NCBI GenBank assembly: GCA_041660305.1
Contig: JBAZWO010000002.1
Coordinates: 132,739-196,738, forward strand
Direction: 5' to 3'
DNA length: 64,000 nucleotides
Source: Patescibacteria group bacterium
GTDB lineage: Bacteria; Patescibacteriota; Patescibacteriia; UBA9570
A program made the translations under genes and the position numbers. Positions 16,870-24,768 of this stretch are shown here, piece by piece. The first letter of the stretch is position 1. Each line of letters begins with the position of its first letter. The notes beneath the pieces were generated by a model. It was not told where the DNA came from, searched no databases, and saw nothing but the letters and a program-made list of their open reading frames with translations.

Positions 16870-17626
16870 GCAGGTTTAATTCAAAAGCCATTAATATCAG
16901 GCCGCTTACTAAACCAAACAAACTTAAATGCTGGCTGTATTTTCGGGCTGTTGGTATCAACTCAGCAAAAGAAATATACACCATAATACCAGCCACAACG
17001 GCTAGCATTACACCAAGTAAATAAGCATTAATATAGGGCGATAAAACCAGATAAGTAAGCAAAGCACCTAGCGGTTCAGCTAAACCAGCTAGTAACGCAT
17101 AAAAAATACTTTTCTGTTTATTGTGAGTTGCATAATATATCGGCAAAGCGACACAAAAGCCTTCCGGAATATTGTGAATAGCAATAGCAATGGCAATAGA
17201 TAAACCAAATACTATATTAACGCTAGCGGTAGTAAACGTGGCAATACCTTCAGGAAAATTATGAATGGTAATAACAATGGCGGTAAATATCCCAGTTTTT
17301 AACAAAGCCTGTTTGTTCCAGAATGTTTTAGTATAGGGTTGTTTGTAGTTGGTAAAAATATCTATAATGCCAGCAATAGCTAAACCAACTAAAAACAGCA
17401 TAATTACTAACCAATTATTATTTCCAGTACTAGCCAATAAATGATTAGACTCTTTTAATAGTTCAAAAAAAGATAGGTAAATCATCACTCCGGCAGATAA
17501 GCCTAAGCCAAATGATAAAAATTTAGTACAGGTAGTTTTTATCCAAAATATTAAGCAAGCGCCCAGCACGGTGGAAAGTCCGGCTAACGTAGTTAGAATA
17601 AAAGCATAAATAGTATTGGTAGACAT
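16844..17626 (-). CDS. zupT: ZIP-family zinc transporter
   Basis: 260 aa, 8 TM-like segments, two HNFPEG/HNIPEG motifs. Confidence 0.85.
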   Translation of the reverse strand: MSTNTIYAFILTTLAGLSTVLGACLIFWIKTTCTKFLSFGLGLSAGVMIYLSFFELLKESNHLLASTGNNNWLVIMLFLVGLAIAGIIDIFTNYKQPYTKTFWNKQALLKTGIFTAIVITIHNFPEGIATFTTASVNIVFGLSIAIAIAIHNIPEGFCVALPIYYATHNKQKSIFYALLAGLAEPLGALLTYLVLSPYINAYLLGVMLAVVAGIMVYISFAELIPTARKYSQHLSLFGLVSGLILMAFELNLLDAISLID

Positions 17627-17671
17627 GGTGTTTAGCCAAAGTATACCATAACAAATACGATACTGTAGTAT

Positions 17672-17699
17672 TTGATTAATTTCAGAGATTTAGTATAAT
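17672..17699 (+). promoter_or_regulatory. sigma70-like promoter (TTGATT-16-TATAAT) for the SPFH gene
   Basis: TTGATT 17672-17677, TATAAT 17694-17699, ATG 17743. Confidence 0.45.
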
Positions 17700-17742
17700 A
17701 AAAACAGGTTAAGTAATTTAATTAAATAGTAATATAAAATTT

Positions 17743-18534
17743 ATGGAAATTGTTGGTGCACTTTTATTTTTATTAGTCTCTGGTTTTTTTGGGTTAGTTA
17801 TTTTATTAATGTTTTTTATTCGGCAGGTTAATCAATACCAGCGCGGTTTAGTGTTTACCATGGGTAAATACTCCAGCACCAAAATGCCGGGTTGGAGAGT
17901 AATTATTCCAGTGTTGCAACGCATGGTGAAAGTGGATATTCGTATTAAAACGGTAGATGTGCCCGATCAAGATGCTATTACCAAAGATAACGTGTCGGTA
18001 CGCATGAACGCGGTAATTTATTATAAAGTAGCCAGTCCAGAAAAAGCTATTTTGGAAGTGGAAGATTTTTATTATGCGGTATCGCAATTAGCCCAAACTA
18101 CCATGCGTAATATTATTGGGGCAGTTAGTTTAGATGAATTATTAGCGAATCGCGATGAAATAGCTAAAAAAATTAAAACTATCGTGGATGAGGCTACTGA
18201 GCAATGGGGTATTGATGTGGTTAGTGTAGAATTAAAACATATTGAATTACCGGAAAACTTAAAGCGCACTATGGCCAAACAAGCCGAAGCTGAACGAGAA
18301 AAACGAGCTACCATTATTAACTCTGAAGGTGAAGTGATTGCCGCTGATAACCTATCCAAAGCCGCTGCTACCATGGCTGCTACACCTGGCGCTTTGCATT
18401 TACGCACCCTTAATAGTATTAACGATATTTCGTCTGATCAGTCTAATACCGTAGTATTTGCCGTGCCGATAGAAGTATTGCGCGCCGTAGACGGTATTAC
18501 TGAATACATGAAACACATGAGTAATAAAAAATAA
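17743..18534 (+). CDS. SPFH/band-7 (stomatin/slipin-like) membrane protein
   Basis: N-terminal TM helix and a typical SPFH core (VDIRIKTVDVPDQDAITKDNV..VIYYKV, coiled EAEREKRA). Confidence 0.85.
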   Translation: MEIVGALLFLLVSGFFGLVILLMFFIRQVNQYQRGLVFTMGKYSSTKMPGWRVIIPVLQRMVKVDIRIKTVDVPDQDAITKDNVSVRMNAVIYYKVASPEKAILEVEDFYYAVSQLAQTTMRNIIGAVSLDELLANRDEIAKKIKTIVDEATEQWGIDVVSVELKHIELPENLKRTMAKQAEAEREKRATIINSEGEVIAADNLSKAAATMAATPGALHLRTLNSINDISSDQSNTVVFAVPIEVLRAVDGITEYMKHMSNKK

Positions 18535-18536
18535 TT

Positions 18537-18923
18537 ATGAAATTACAACTTGGCTCTAATGATGTAGTAGGAGAAATTTTAAAAGACAACAACAATAACG
18601 GTATGCCAGATATTGTTGAGCAAGCTTTTAAAACCGGTAATGTAACCACTAATGTTAATACCGCGTATGTAGTAAAAGGCAAACAGTATAATAGTTTAGC
18701 CGAAATGCCACCAGCAGACAGAGCTTATGTTGAACAAAAAATGAAAACGGTTACAGCTACACAAACAGAAGGGCAGGGTACTAGACCAGTGGTAACACGG
18801 CCAGAACTGCAAACTCATCCGTTAGCTGAAATGGACGATGGTGGTGAACGCCTAAAAATGGCACTAGTTTTCCTAGTTTGTTTTGCGGTAGTAGTAGGAG
18901 CCATCTATTTTGTTGTGTTTTAA
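18537..18923 (+). CDS. hypothetical tail-anchored membrane protein
   Basis: 128 aa with a single C-terminal TM helix. Likely translationally coupled to the SPFH gene (2-nt gap). Not NfeD-like. Confidence 0.4.
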   Translation: MKLQLGSNDVVGEILKDNNNNGMPDIVEQAFKTGNVTTNVNTAYVVKGKQYNSLAEMPPADRAYVEQKMKTVTATQTEGQGTRPVVTRPELQTHPLAEMDDGGERLKMALVFLVCFAVVVGAIYFVVF

Positions 18924-19003
18924 AGAATAGATTTTATCGAGACGATAGCCAAGTTAAAACACTGTTGGTAGGTAAAAAAATTGAAAAACGCGTACCGCAA
19001 TAA

Positions 19004-20236
19004 ATGTTATTACATATGTCATTAGAACAACTGCGTCAAGATTTTCCAATGTTACAACAGCGGTTGAACAACAAACCGATCGTGTATTTTGATAATGCCT
19101 GTGTTAGTTTGCGGCCACAAGTGGTAATTGACGCAATTACCCAGTATTATCAGGAATATTCGGCTTGTGGCGGTAGGAGTATGCACAAATTAGGTAAGCG
19201 CGTTACGCAGGAATGTGCTGTAGCGAGACAAATCATCGCTAATTTTATTCACGCGCAAAAACCAGAGGAAGTAATATTTACGCGTAACACTACTGAAGGA
19301 ATTAATCTGGTTGCGCGCTCGTTAAATTTAACAGCTGGCGACGTAGTGTTAACGTCTGATAAAGAACATAATTCTAATTTGGTACCGTGGCAAGTTTTAG
19401 CTAAACAAAAAAATATTGCTCATAAAATTATACCAAGTAATCCAGATAACACATTTAATTTAGAAACATATCAAAATGTATTAAATACTCATAAGGGTAA
19501 AGTTAAATTAGTGGCGATAGGGTATACTTCTAATTTAGACGGGGTAACGTTTCCGATTAAAGACATTGTTAAATTAGCTCATCAGGCCGGTGCTAAAGTG
19601 TTGGTAGATGCCGCCCAGGCCATGTTGCATCATAGAATAGATGTACAAAATTTAGATGTAGATTTTTTAGCGTTTTCCGGCCACAAAATGCTTGGTCCAT
19701 CTGGCATGGGCATTTTATATGGTAAATATGATTTATTAGAACAATTAGAGCCGTTTTTAGTAGGTGGCGATACAGTAGAATACACTACTTACACTGAACA
19801 CAAATTTTTATCAGCGCCAAAAAAATTTGAAGCCGGTTTGCAAGATTATGCTGGCATGATTGGTTTAGGTACGGCGGCTAAATATTTAGAATCACTAAAT
19901 TACGCTGAAATTAATCAACAGGAATTTACTATAAATAAATATATCACTGAACAAATTAGTCAGTTACCAAAATTACATATTATTGGACCGGTTGAGCCGG
20001 CCCAGCGGGGAAGTATTGTGTCGTTTTACGTAGACGGTGTAGATTCGCATAAGATCGCTCTAATGCTAGATGAATCGGCTAATATCATGGTACGGTCGGG
20101 GCAACACTGCGTGCATTCGTGGTTTAACGCACATAACATTCATAGCTCCGTACGCGTCTCGTTTAGCTTTTATAATACGTTAGCAGAAGCCGAATTGTTT
20201 GCTACACAACTAAAAAAGATATTAATGGTTTTGTAA
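19004..20236 (+). CDS. sufS: cysteine desulfurase, SufS/CsdA-type (class V aminotransferase)
   Basis: PLP-Lys motif FSGHKMLGPSGMGILYG. Active-site Cys loop RSGQHCVH. Confidence 0.85.
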   Translation: MLLHMSLEQLRQDFPMLQQRLNNKPIVYFDNACVSLRPQVVIDAITQYYQEYSACGGRSMHKLGKRVTQECAVARQIIANFIHAQKPEEVIFTRNTTEGINLVARSLNLTAGDVVLTSDKEHNSNLVPWQVLAKQKNIAHKIIPSNPDNTFNLETYQNVLNTHKGKVKLVAIGYTSNLDGVTFPIKDIVKLAHQAGAKVLVDAAQAMLHHRIDVQNLDVDFLAFSGHKMLGPSGMGILYGKYDLLEQLEPFLVGGDTVEYTTYTEHKFLSAPKKFEAGLQDYAGMIGLGTAAKYLESLNYAEINQQEFTINKYITEQISQLPKLHIIGPVEPAQRGSIVSFYVDGVDSHKIALMLDESANIMVRSGQHCVHSWFNAHNIHSSVRVSFSFYNTLAEAELFATQLKKILMVL

Positions 20237-20237
20237 T

Positions 20238-21203
20238 ATGTTTTGCATCATTGCTTTAATTATATTTGCAATATTAGGTATTTTTAGTGCCTCACATCGC
20301 TTATTGGCTAAAGAAGCGCTGGATTGCGTGTTGCGCCGAGTAACTTTACGGCCATGTAATACTGGTTTTAAAGAAAAAATTCAGGCTAAAATTTTAGGCC
20401 AGTTAATTAATCGTTCAGTGCGGTTAACTAAATTTGTAAACCGGTATTTTGAAGTGTTAGCTTGGATATTTTTTATCTTAATGGTGGCCAGTACGGTTTA
20501 TGTAATGCGTGGCGGCTATAATTTTTATATGTACGGCAATTGCAATGGTTTAAACGAAGCCGGTTTTTGTGTGTTCGATCCTACTGGCGCTAATAATCAA
20601 ACTACCCCTATTAACGAAAGCTGCAGCTTAACTCCGCCTAGCGCTAAAGATTTACGTTTTGACGTGTTAAAATTAACCGATTTTCCGCAAGTAACCGCCA
20701 ATACCGAAAAAGCAGTAGTGTTCATAGGCTGTTACAGCTGTGATGCTACGCGTAAAACTTACCCGACGATTAGAAAATTGTTAGCCAATAATACTACTAA
20801 TTTTACGTTTATTCATTTTCCTATAAAACCAGAATTAAATTTTTTATCTAATTATACTTATTGTATTAATAAAATAGCTCCGAATAAATTATGGGAGTTT
20901 AACGATGCCATGTTCGCGGCGCCGGTAAATAATTTAACGGATAAAAATTATGTAAATAGCGTAATACAGCAAATTGGCTTGGATGCTAATGCAATAGAGC
21001 AATGTGTTAACGATCCTGAAACACAAAAAATAGTTGATGATCAATTTCAGCAAGTAGTGGCTACTAATATTTATGGTACGCCTACCACTTTCGTAAATGG
21101 TCAGGCTATTGTTGGACCAAAGCCATATCGCGTGTACCAACGGTTACTTAGCGGAGGAATGTTTGCTGAAATTAGAGATTATTTTGCGAGGTTGACAAAA
21201 TAG
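20238..21203 (+). CDS. membrane-anchored DsbA/thioredoxin-fold thiol:disulfide oxidoreductase
   Basis: N-terminal TM region with DCVLRRVTLRPC. Periplasmic-type domain with redox motif CYSC and YGTPTTFVNGQ (cis-Pro loop). Confidence 0.65.
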   Translation: MFCIIALIIFAILGIFSASHRLLAKEALDCVLRRVTLRPCNTGFKEKIQAKILGQLINRSVRLTKFVNRYFEVLAWIFFILMVASTVYVMRGGYNFYMYGNCNGLNEAGFCVFDPTGANNQTTPINESCSLTPPSAKDLRFDVLKLTDFPQVTANTEKAVVFIGCYSCDATRKTYPTIRKLLANNTTNFTFIHFPIKPELNFLSNYTYCINKIAPNKLWEFNDAMFAAPVNNLTDKNYVNSVIQQIGLDANAIEQCVNDPETQKIVDDQFQQVVATNIYGTPTTFVNGQAIVGPKPYRVYQRLLSGGMFAEIRDYFARLTK

Positions 21204-21257
21204 AAAAAAGGTGTTATTATAGCGTTAATATTATTAACATTATTATCATAAAAATAT

Positions 21258-22847
21258 ATGGCTCGAGAAAATGCTGAACAAATTTTTCGAAGATCTGTAC
21301 AGACAGAAGAACCAAGAACGGAACAACAAGAACATGAAAAAGATACAGATGAAAAACTACACGAGTTAATTGTTGTATTAGGTGCTAAAATTTATGAAAA
21401 TAGTACTGTCAAATCTAAATTATTAGGTTTATTACGAGGTAACAAACAAGAAAAAAGAAGTTCAGATCCAAAACGATTAGAGCATTTTTATGTTAGATTA
21501 ACGGAATTACAAAAGAAGGGTAGACAGTTAGACGATGCTGATCTGGAATTAATTAAGCGATTGCATACTGAGTTTAAACCTAATTTAGCAGATGTAACAG
21601 AAACATCTCCAGCTGCAGTACCAACAGTTCCAGAAATGTTATCAGCTGTGGCGGATACGCCTGAAGGTAGAAGAGTGAGTGAGCCAGCTTTATATCGATT
21701 ACTTGAAAAGAAATTACAAGACGAATTAGTATCTTTACGAGAAAAAAGTACCTCCAAAATATTTTTTTGGAAACAAACAGAGATTCGTGTAAGAATGCAG
21801 GCGGCTGAAATGCAATTACGTTTAGTTACTGAAGAAATTAAAAATAGAAAAGAACAACAACAAGCAGCATTATTTGTACCTAAAGAACAATTAAGTGGGT
21901 TACAGCTAACTGATATTAAAAAGGTTGAGAAAAACACAGTGTTAGAAATTGCCAGTGGTTTAACTACTTCAAGTGCAACTAGACGTGATAGAATAGAGGC
22001 ATTTAAAGATTTAGATGTTGCGCAGCTAGGTAGCACAGAGATAAATGTTCAAGTGCAAATTAATGATTTAGTTAGACAACACAGAGAATTAAATGAACAA
22101 GTAATGAATTCATTAACTAAGGTACCAGATGTTTGGATAGCGCAGATTAATAATAATTTTCAGCGTTATGGTTTAAAGAGAGAACAACTTTTGCAACCAG
22201 GAATTACTTTGAAAGATTTAAAAGAACAGTTAATGTCTGTAAACCAAGCTTTAGTTGAGCATCGTCAACGATTAGCAACAAATATGCGTACAGCATCATA
22301 TGCTCTTCATCATTATTATGAAAATCGCCAAGGAACAGTAGCTATTGATGAATCAAAACGTAGACATGATTATTTTGAAGGAGTTGTAGTAGCACGAGGC
22401 AATAATCTAAAAGAGCAATATTCATATGATGAATTACGTGAGATAGTGGTAAATTTTAGAATACAGTTGCAACGAGTGGATGATGTGAGTGTAAATATTA
22501 TTAGATCCGTAAATACAATGGCTGAACAGCAACAAAAAGCCATGACGCCAGAAATGCAAAAAAAATTAGCAGCATTTGATGTGAAAATTCATGAGTTACA
22601 ACAATTGCAGCGTATTATTGCGGAGGCAGCTATTTCTAAGCAGACTGTCGCACAAAACAGAAGTCGTGCTGATGAAGCGTTGCGGTCTATTCAAGCAACA
22701 GCACAAGAATATAGTAGTCAAGATCAAATAGATGTGGAAGATGTGACTAATGCCATTGGTTATACCATGGATATGGAAAGTGCTTATGTTGCTGAAGCGG
22801 CCACTGAAGATGCTCCTATTATTACTGCGTACGAACAAGTTTCATAA
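21258..22847 (+). CDS. large charged coiled-coil protein, unknown function
   Basis: 529 aa, E/K/Q-rich heptad-like sequence, no TM helix or catalytic motif. Confidence 0.5.
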   Translation: MARENAEQIFRRSVQTEEPRTEQQEHEKDTDEKLHELIVVLGAKIYENSTVKSKLLGLLRGNKQEKRSSDPKRLEHFYVRLTELQKKGRQLDDADLELIKRLHTEFKPNLADVTETSPAAVPTVPEMLSAVADTPEGRRVSEPALYRLLEKKLQDELVSLREKSTSKIFFWKQTEIRVRMQAAEMQLRLVTEEIKNRKEQQQAALFVPKEQLSGLQLTDIKKVEKNTVLEIASGLTTSSATRRDRIEAFKDLDVAQLGSTEINVQVQINDLVRQHRELNEQVMNSLTKVPDVWIAQINNNFQRYGLKREQLLQPGITLKDLKEQLMSVNQALVEHRQRLATNMRTASYALHHYYENRQGTVAIDESKRRHDYFEGVVVARGNNLKEQYSYDELREIVVNFRIQLQRVDDVSVNIIRSVNTMAEQQQKAMTPEMQKKLAAFDVKIHELQQLQRIIAEAAISKQTVAQNRSRADEALRSIQATAQEYSSQDQIDVEDVTNAIGYTMDMESAYVAEAATEDAPIITAYEQVS

Positions 22848-22910
22848 TGATTTAATATTTACTTTCCAACCAAAAACTGCTATTAATATAGCTACTCTTT
22901 TTAAGTGCAG

Positions 22911-22987
22911 GGATGCATAGCTCAGCTGGTTAGAGCGTACGATTCACATTCGTAAGGTCAGTGGTTCGAGCCCACTTGCGTCCACCA
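22911..22987 (+). tRNA. tRNA-Val (anticodon CAC), CCA encoded
   Basis: Manual cloverleaf. Acceptor GGATGCA/TGCGTCC, D arm GCTC-AGCTGGTTA-GAGC, anticodon arm TACGA-TT-CAC-AT-TCGTA, T arm AGTGG-TTCGAGC-CCACT, ACCA tail. Confidence 0.9.
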
Positions 22988-23047
22988 AGAGAAATGTTTG
23001 CGAAATTAGAAATGCGGGGCGGGCATTAAAAATTGGAGGCGTAAAAT

Positions 23048-23077
23048 TTGACAAGAGCATAGTTCCTATGCTAATAT
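23048..23077 (+). promoter_or_regulatory. sigma70-like promoter (TTGACA-18-TAATAT) of an orphan ~120-nt transcription unit
   Basis: TTGACA 23048-23053, TAATAT 23072-23077. An ATG at 23084 opens a 23-codon ORF. Terminator at 23184-23206. Confidence 0.4.
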
Positions 23078-23183
23078 AAACATATGAATTTTTTAATTAA
23101 ATTTTCCGCAAACTACTATTACACCCGCCTAGTGGGACGGTCTTCTTTTTGCTAATTGATTCATTGAAACCAAGCACAAAATG

Positions 23184-23206
23184 ACCGCCCACGAGGCGGT
23201 TTTTTT
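23184..23206 (+). terminator. rho-independent terminator
   Basis: ACCGCC-cacga-GGCGGT followed by T7. Confidence 0.7.
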
Positions 23207-23333
23207 GTCTATTAACTCTAAATTTATGATTAAAAAAACTTTTCAAAAAAATAATGTTTATTACTACGGCTCTTTGCAAGAGACTTGTTTCAAGGTGCCG
23301 AAGTAATTTTTTCTAACATTTCGACTCCTCCAA

Positions 23334-23360
23334 CTGGTCTCTTGCGAGACCAGTTTTTTT
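23334..23360 (+). terminator. rho-independent terminator (no annotated gene upstream)
   Basis: CTGGTCTC-ttgc-GAGACCAG followed by T7. Confidence 0.7.
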
Positions 23361-23467
23361 GTTCTTTTCGGCGGAGTTTGTGAAAACTTCTAAAAAAATT
23401 ATCAGGTGAAGGAATCTACCTAGCAAGTGATTCCAAAGAAGTTCTTTGAAAACAAAAAGGAGAAAAA

Positions 23468-23941
23468 ATGAAAGCGTTGATTCTACACGTGAACCGATGG
23501 GCGTCGAGAGCAGAAAGTCCGTCGGAGAGAATTGGGGACTGCGAACCCGAAACTATTCCACAAGAAGTCGCCGGTTACGATGACACTGGCGAGGGTTCGC
23601 CTCATCTGGACCAACGATTTGTCGTTCAAGAGACGGAGTGTCTGGTCATCTTTTTCCAAGTCGAAAAGGACGATACAGAGAAACAAGTACGTCTTCTCTG
23701 TAAGGACATTCCAAAAATCGCCGTCAAGGTTGGGACGAAATGCCTCGTGGTTGAATGCTTCGCGCATCTTAGTCATAGCCGACCCGACCCAATAGTGGCA
23801 AAACGACTCGTCGAGCAAGTCCTCAAGATTTGTCGAAACTTCGAAGGCTACACGGTAAAAACTTCCCCTTTTGGTTGGAACAAGGGGCTAGAACTGGACG
23901 TGAAAGGTCACCCCGATGCGTTCAAGCACCGGAGTTATTAG
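23468..23941 (+). CDS. stand-alone archaeal-type ThrRS editing-domain-like protein (tRNA-Thr_ED / DTD-like fold)
   Basis: 157 aa. Motifs ECLVIFFQVEKDD, VVECFAHLSHSRPDP and SPFGWNKGLELDVKGHPDAF parallel the Pyrococcus ThrRS N-terminal editing domain as I remember it. Strong SD (AAAGGAGA) 7 nt upstream. Visibly higher G+C than neighbouring genes. Confidence 0.6.
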   Translation: MKALILHVNRWASRAESPSERIGDCEPETIPQEVAGYDDTGEGSPHLDQRFVVQETECLVIFFQVEKDDTEKQVRLLCKDIPKIAVKVGTKCLVVECFAHLSHSRPDPIVAKRLVEQVLKICRNFEGYTVKTSPFGWNKGLELDVKGHPDAFKHRSY

Positions 23942-23980
23942 TTCTGTTCGCAAGGCAAGAAAGGGCCAAACCTTTCACAA

Positions 23981-24021
23981 ACGAGCAACATCCGAAAGGA
24001 GGAAGAGTTGCTCGTTTTTTT
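23981..24021 (+). terminator. rho-independent terminator of the ThrRS-ED-like gene, abutting the racemase stop
   Basis: ACGAGCAAC...GTTGCTCGT (9-bp stem, inner TCC-GAAA-GGA) followed by T7. Confidence 0.7.
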
Positions 24022-24709
24022 ATTTGAAAATTTCCTCAACAGTCGCGTCATAAAATATTTTCATCGTATCGAATATTTTAAGGTTTTGATGACTAGGAAT
24101 CAGAAGCTGTAAATCAGTGCAAGCCAAAATGACACAATCCAAACCTTTGTTTTCAAAGTCATTGATAATACTTATCAATTCCTCGCGGTCTTGATTTTTA
24201 TGTTGTCCAACTACAAGGTTTAAAATAAACTTACCCATTCTTGCCTGCTGAAGTTCGTTTGGAACGACATACTCAATTCCATTTTCCGCAAAAGAATTTT
24301 CGTAAAGTTTATTTTTAATCGTTGCCGAAGTCGAAACAATTCCGACTTTATTCATTCCTTCTTTTTTCAAAAACTTAACAGTTTCTTCAACAATGCTTAA
24401 AACCGGAACGGAAACAGATTTTCTAATCTGTTCTATAAAGACATGGAGCGAATTACAAGGTATGACGATAAAATCTGCCCCTGCTTTTTCAAGTCTTTGA
24501 GCTTCTGCTGTGAGATATGGAATATATCGCTCCATGCCCTCACTTTTCAAAATTAAATCTTCCTCGATTTTGTATGGTAGCGGAACACTAGCAATAACAA
24601 TTGCTGGTCTAGCTGTTTTGTCTTTTTTAGCACACGAAAAAACCAAATCGAGGTAAAACTCGGAAGTTGTTTCTGGTCCAAGTCCGCCAATAATGCCTAC
24701 TGTTTTCAT
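24020..24709 (-). CDS. aspartate/glutamate-family amino-acid racemase (aspartate racemase-like)
   Basis: IGGLGPETT N-terminal motif. Two catalytic Cys motifs, IPCNSLH and LACTDL. Confidence 0.85.
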   Translation of the reverse strand: MKTVGIIGGLGPETTSEFYLDLVFSCAKKDKTARPAIVIASVPLPYKIEEDLILKSEGMERYIPYLTAEAQRLEKAGADFIVIPCNSLHVFIEQIRKSVSVPVLSIVEETVKFLKKEGMNKVGIVSTSATIKNKLYENSFAENGIEYVVPNELQQARMGKFILNLVVGQHKNQDREELISIINDFENKGLDCVILACTDLQLLIPSHQNLKIFDTMKIFYDATVEEIFK

Positions 24710-24768
24710 AGCAAAATCATTTTATCATAAAATCATTCTTTTTAGTAGTTTTTTCTAGTTGCCTGCCC

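Noticed and set aside
23097-23279. 60-aa minus-strand ORF in the islet spacer.
   Set aside because: It runs straight through the two hairpin/terminator structures and has no start context. The + strand promoter/terminator signals explain the region better.
23483-24027. Alternative-frame ORFs overlapping the ThrRS-ED-like gene (23483-23818 minus, 23532-23795 plus, 23830-24027 plus).
   Set aside because: The higher G+C of this segment keeps several frames open. Only the 23468-23941 frame has an SD, a terminator and family-like motifs.
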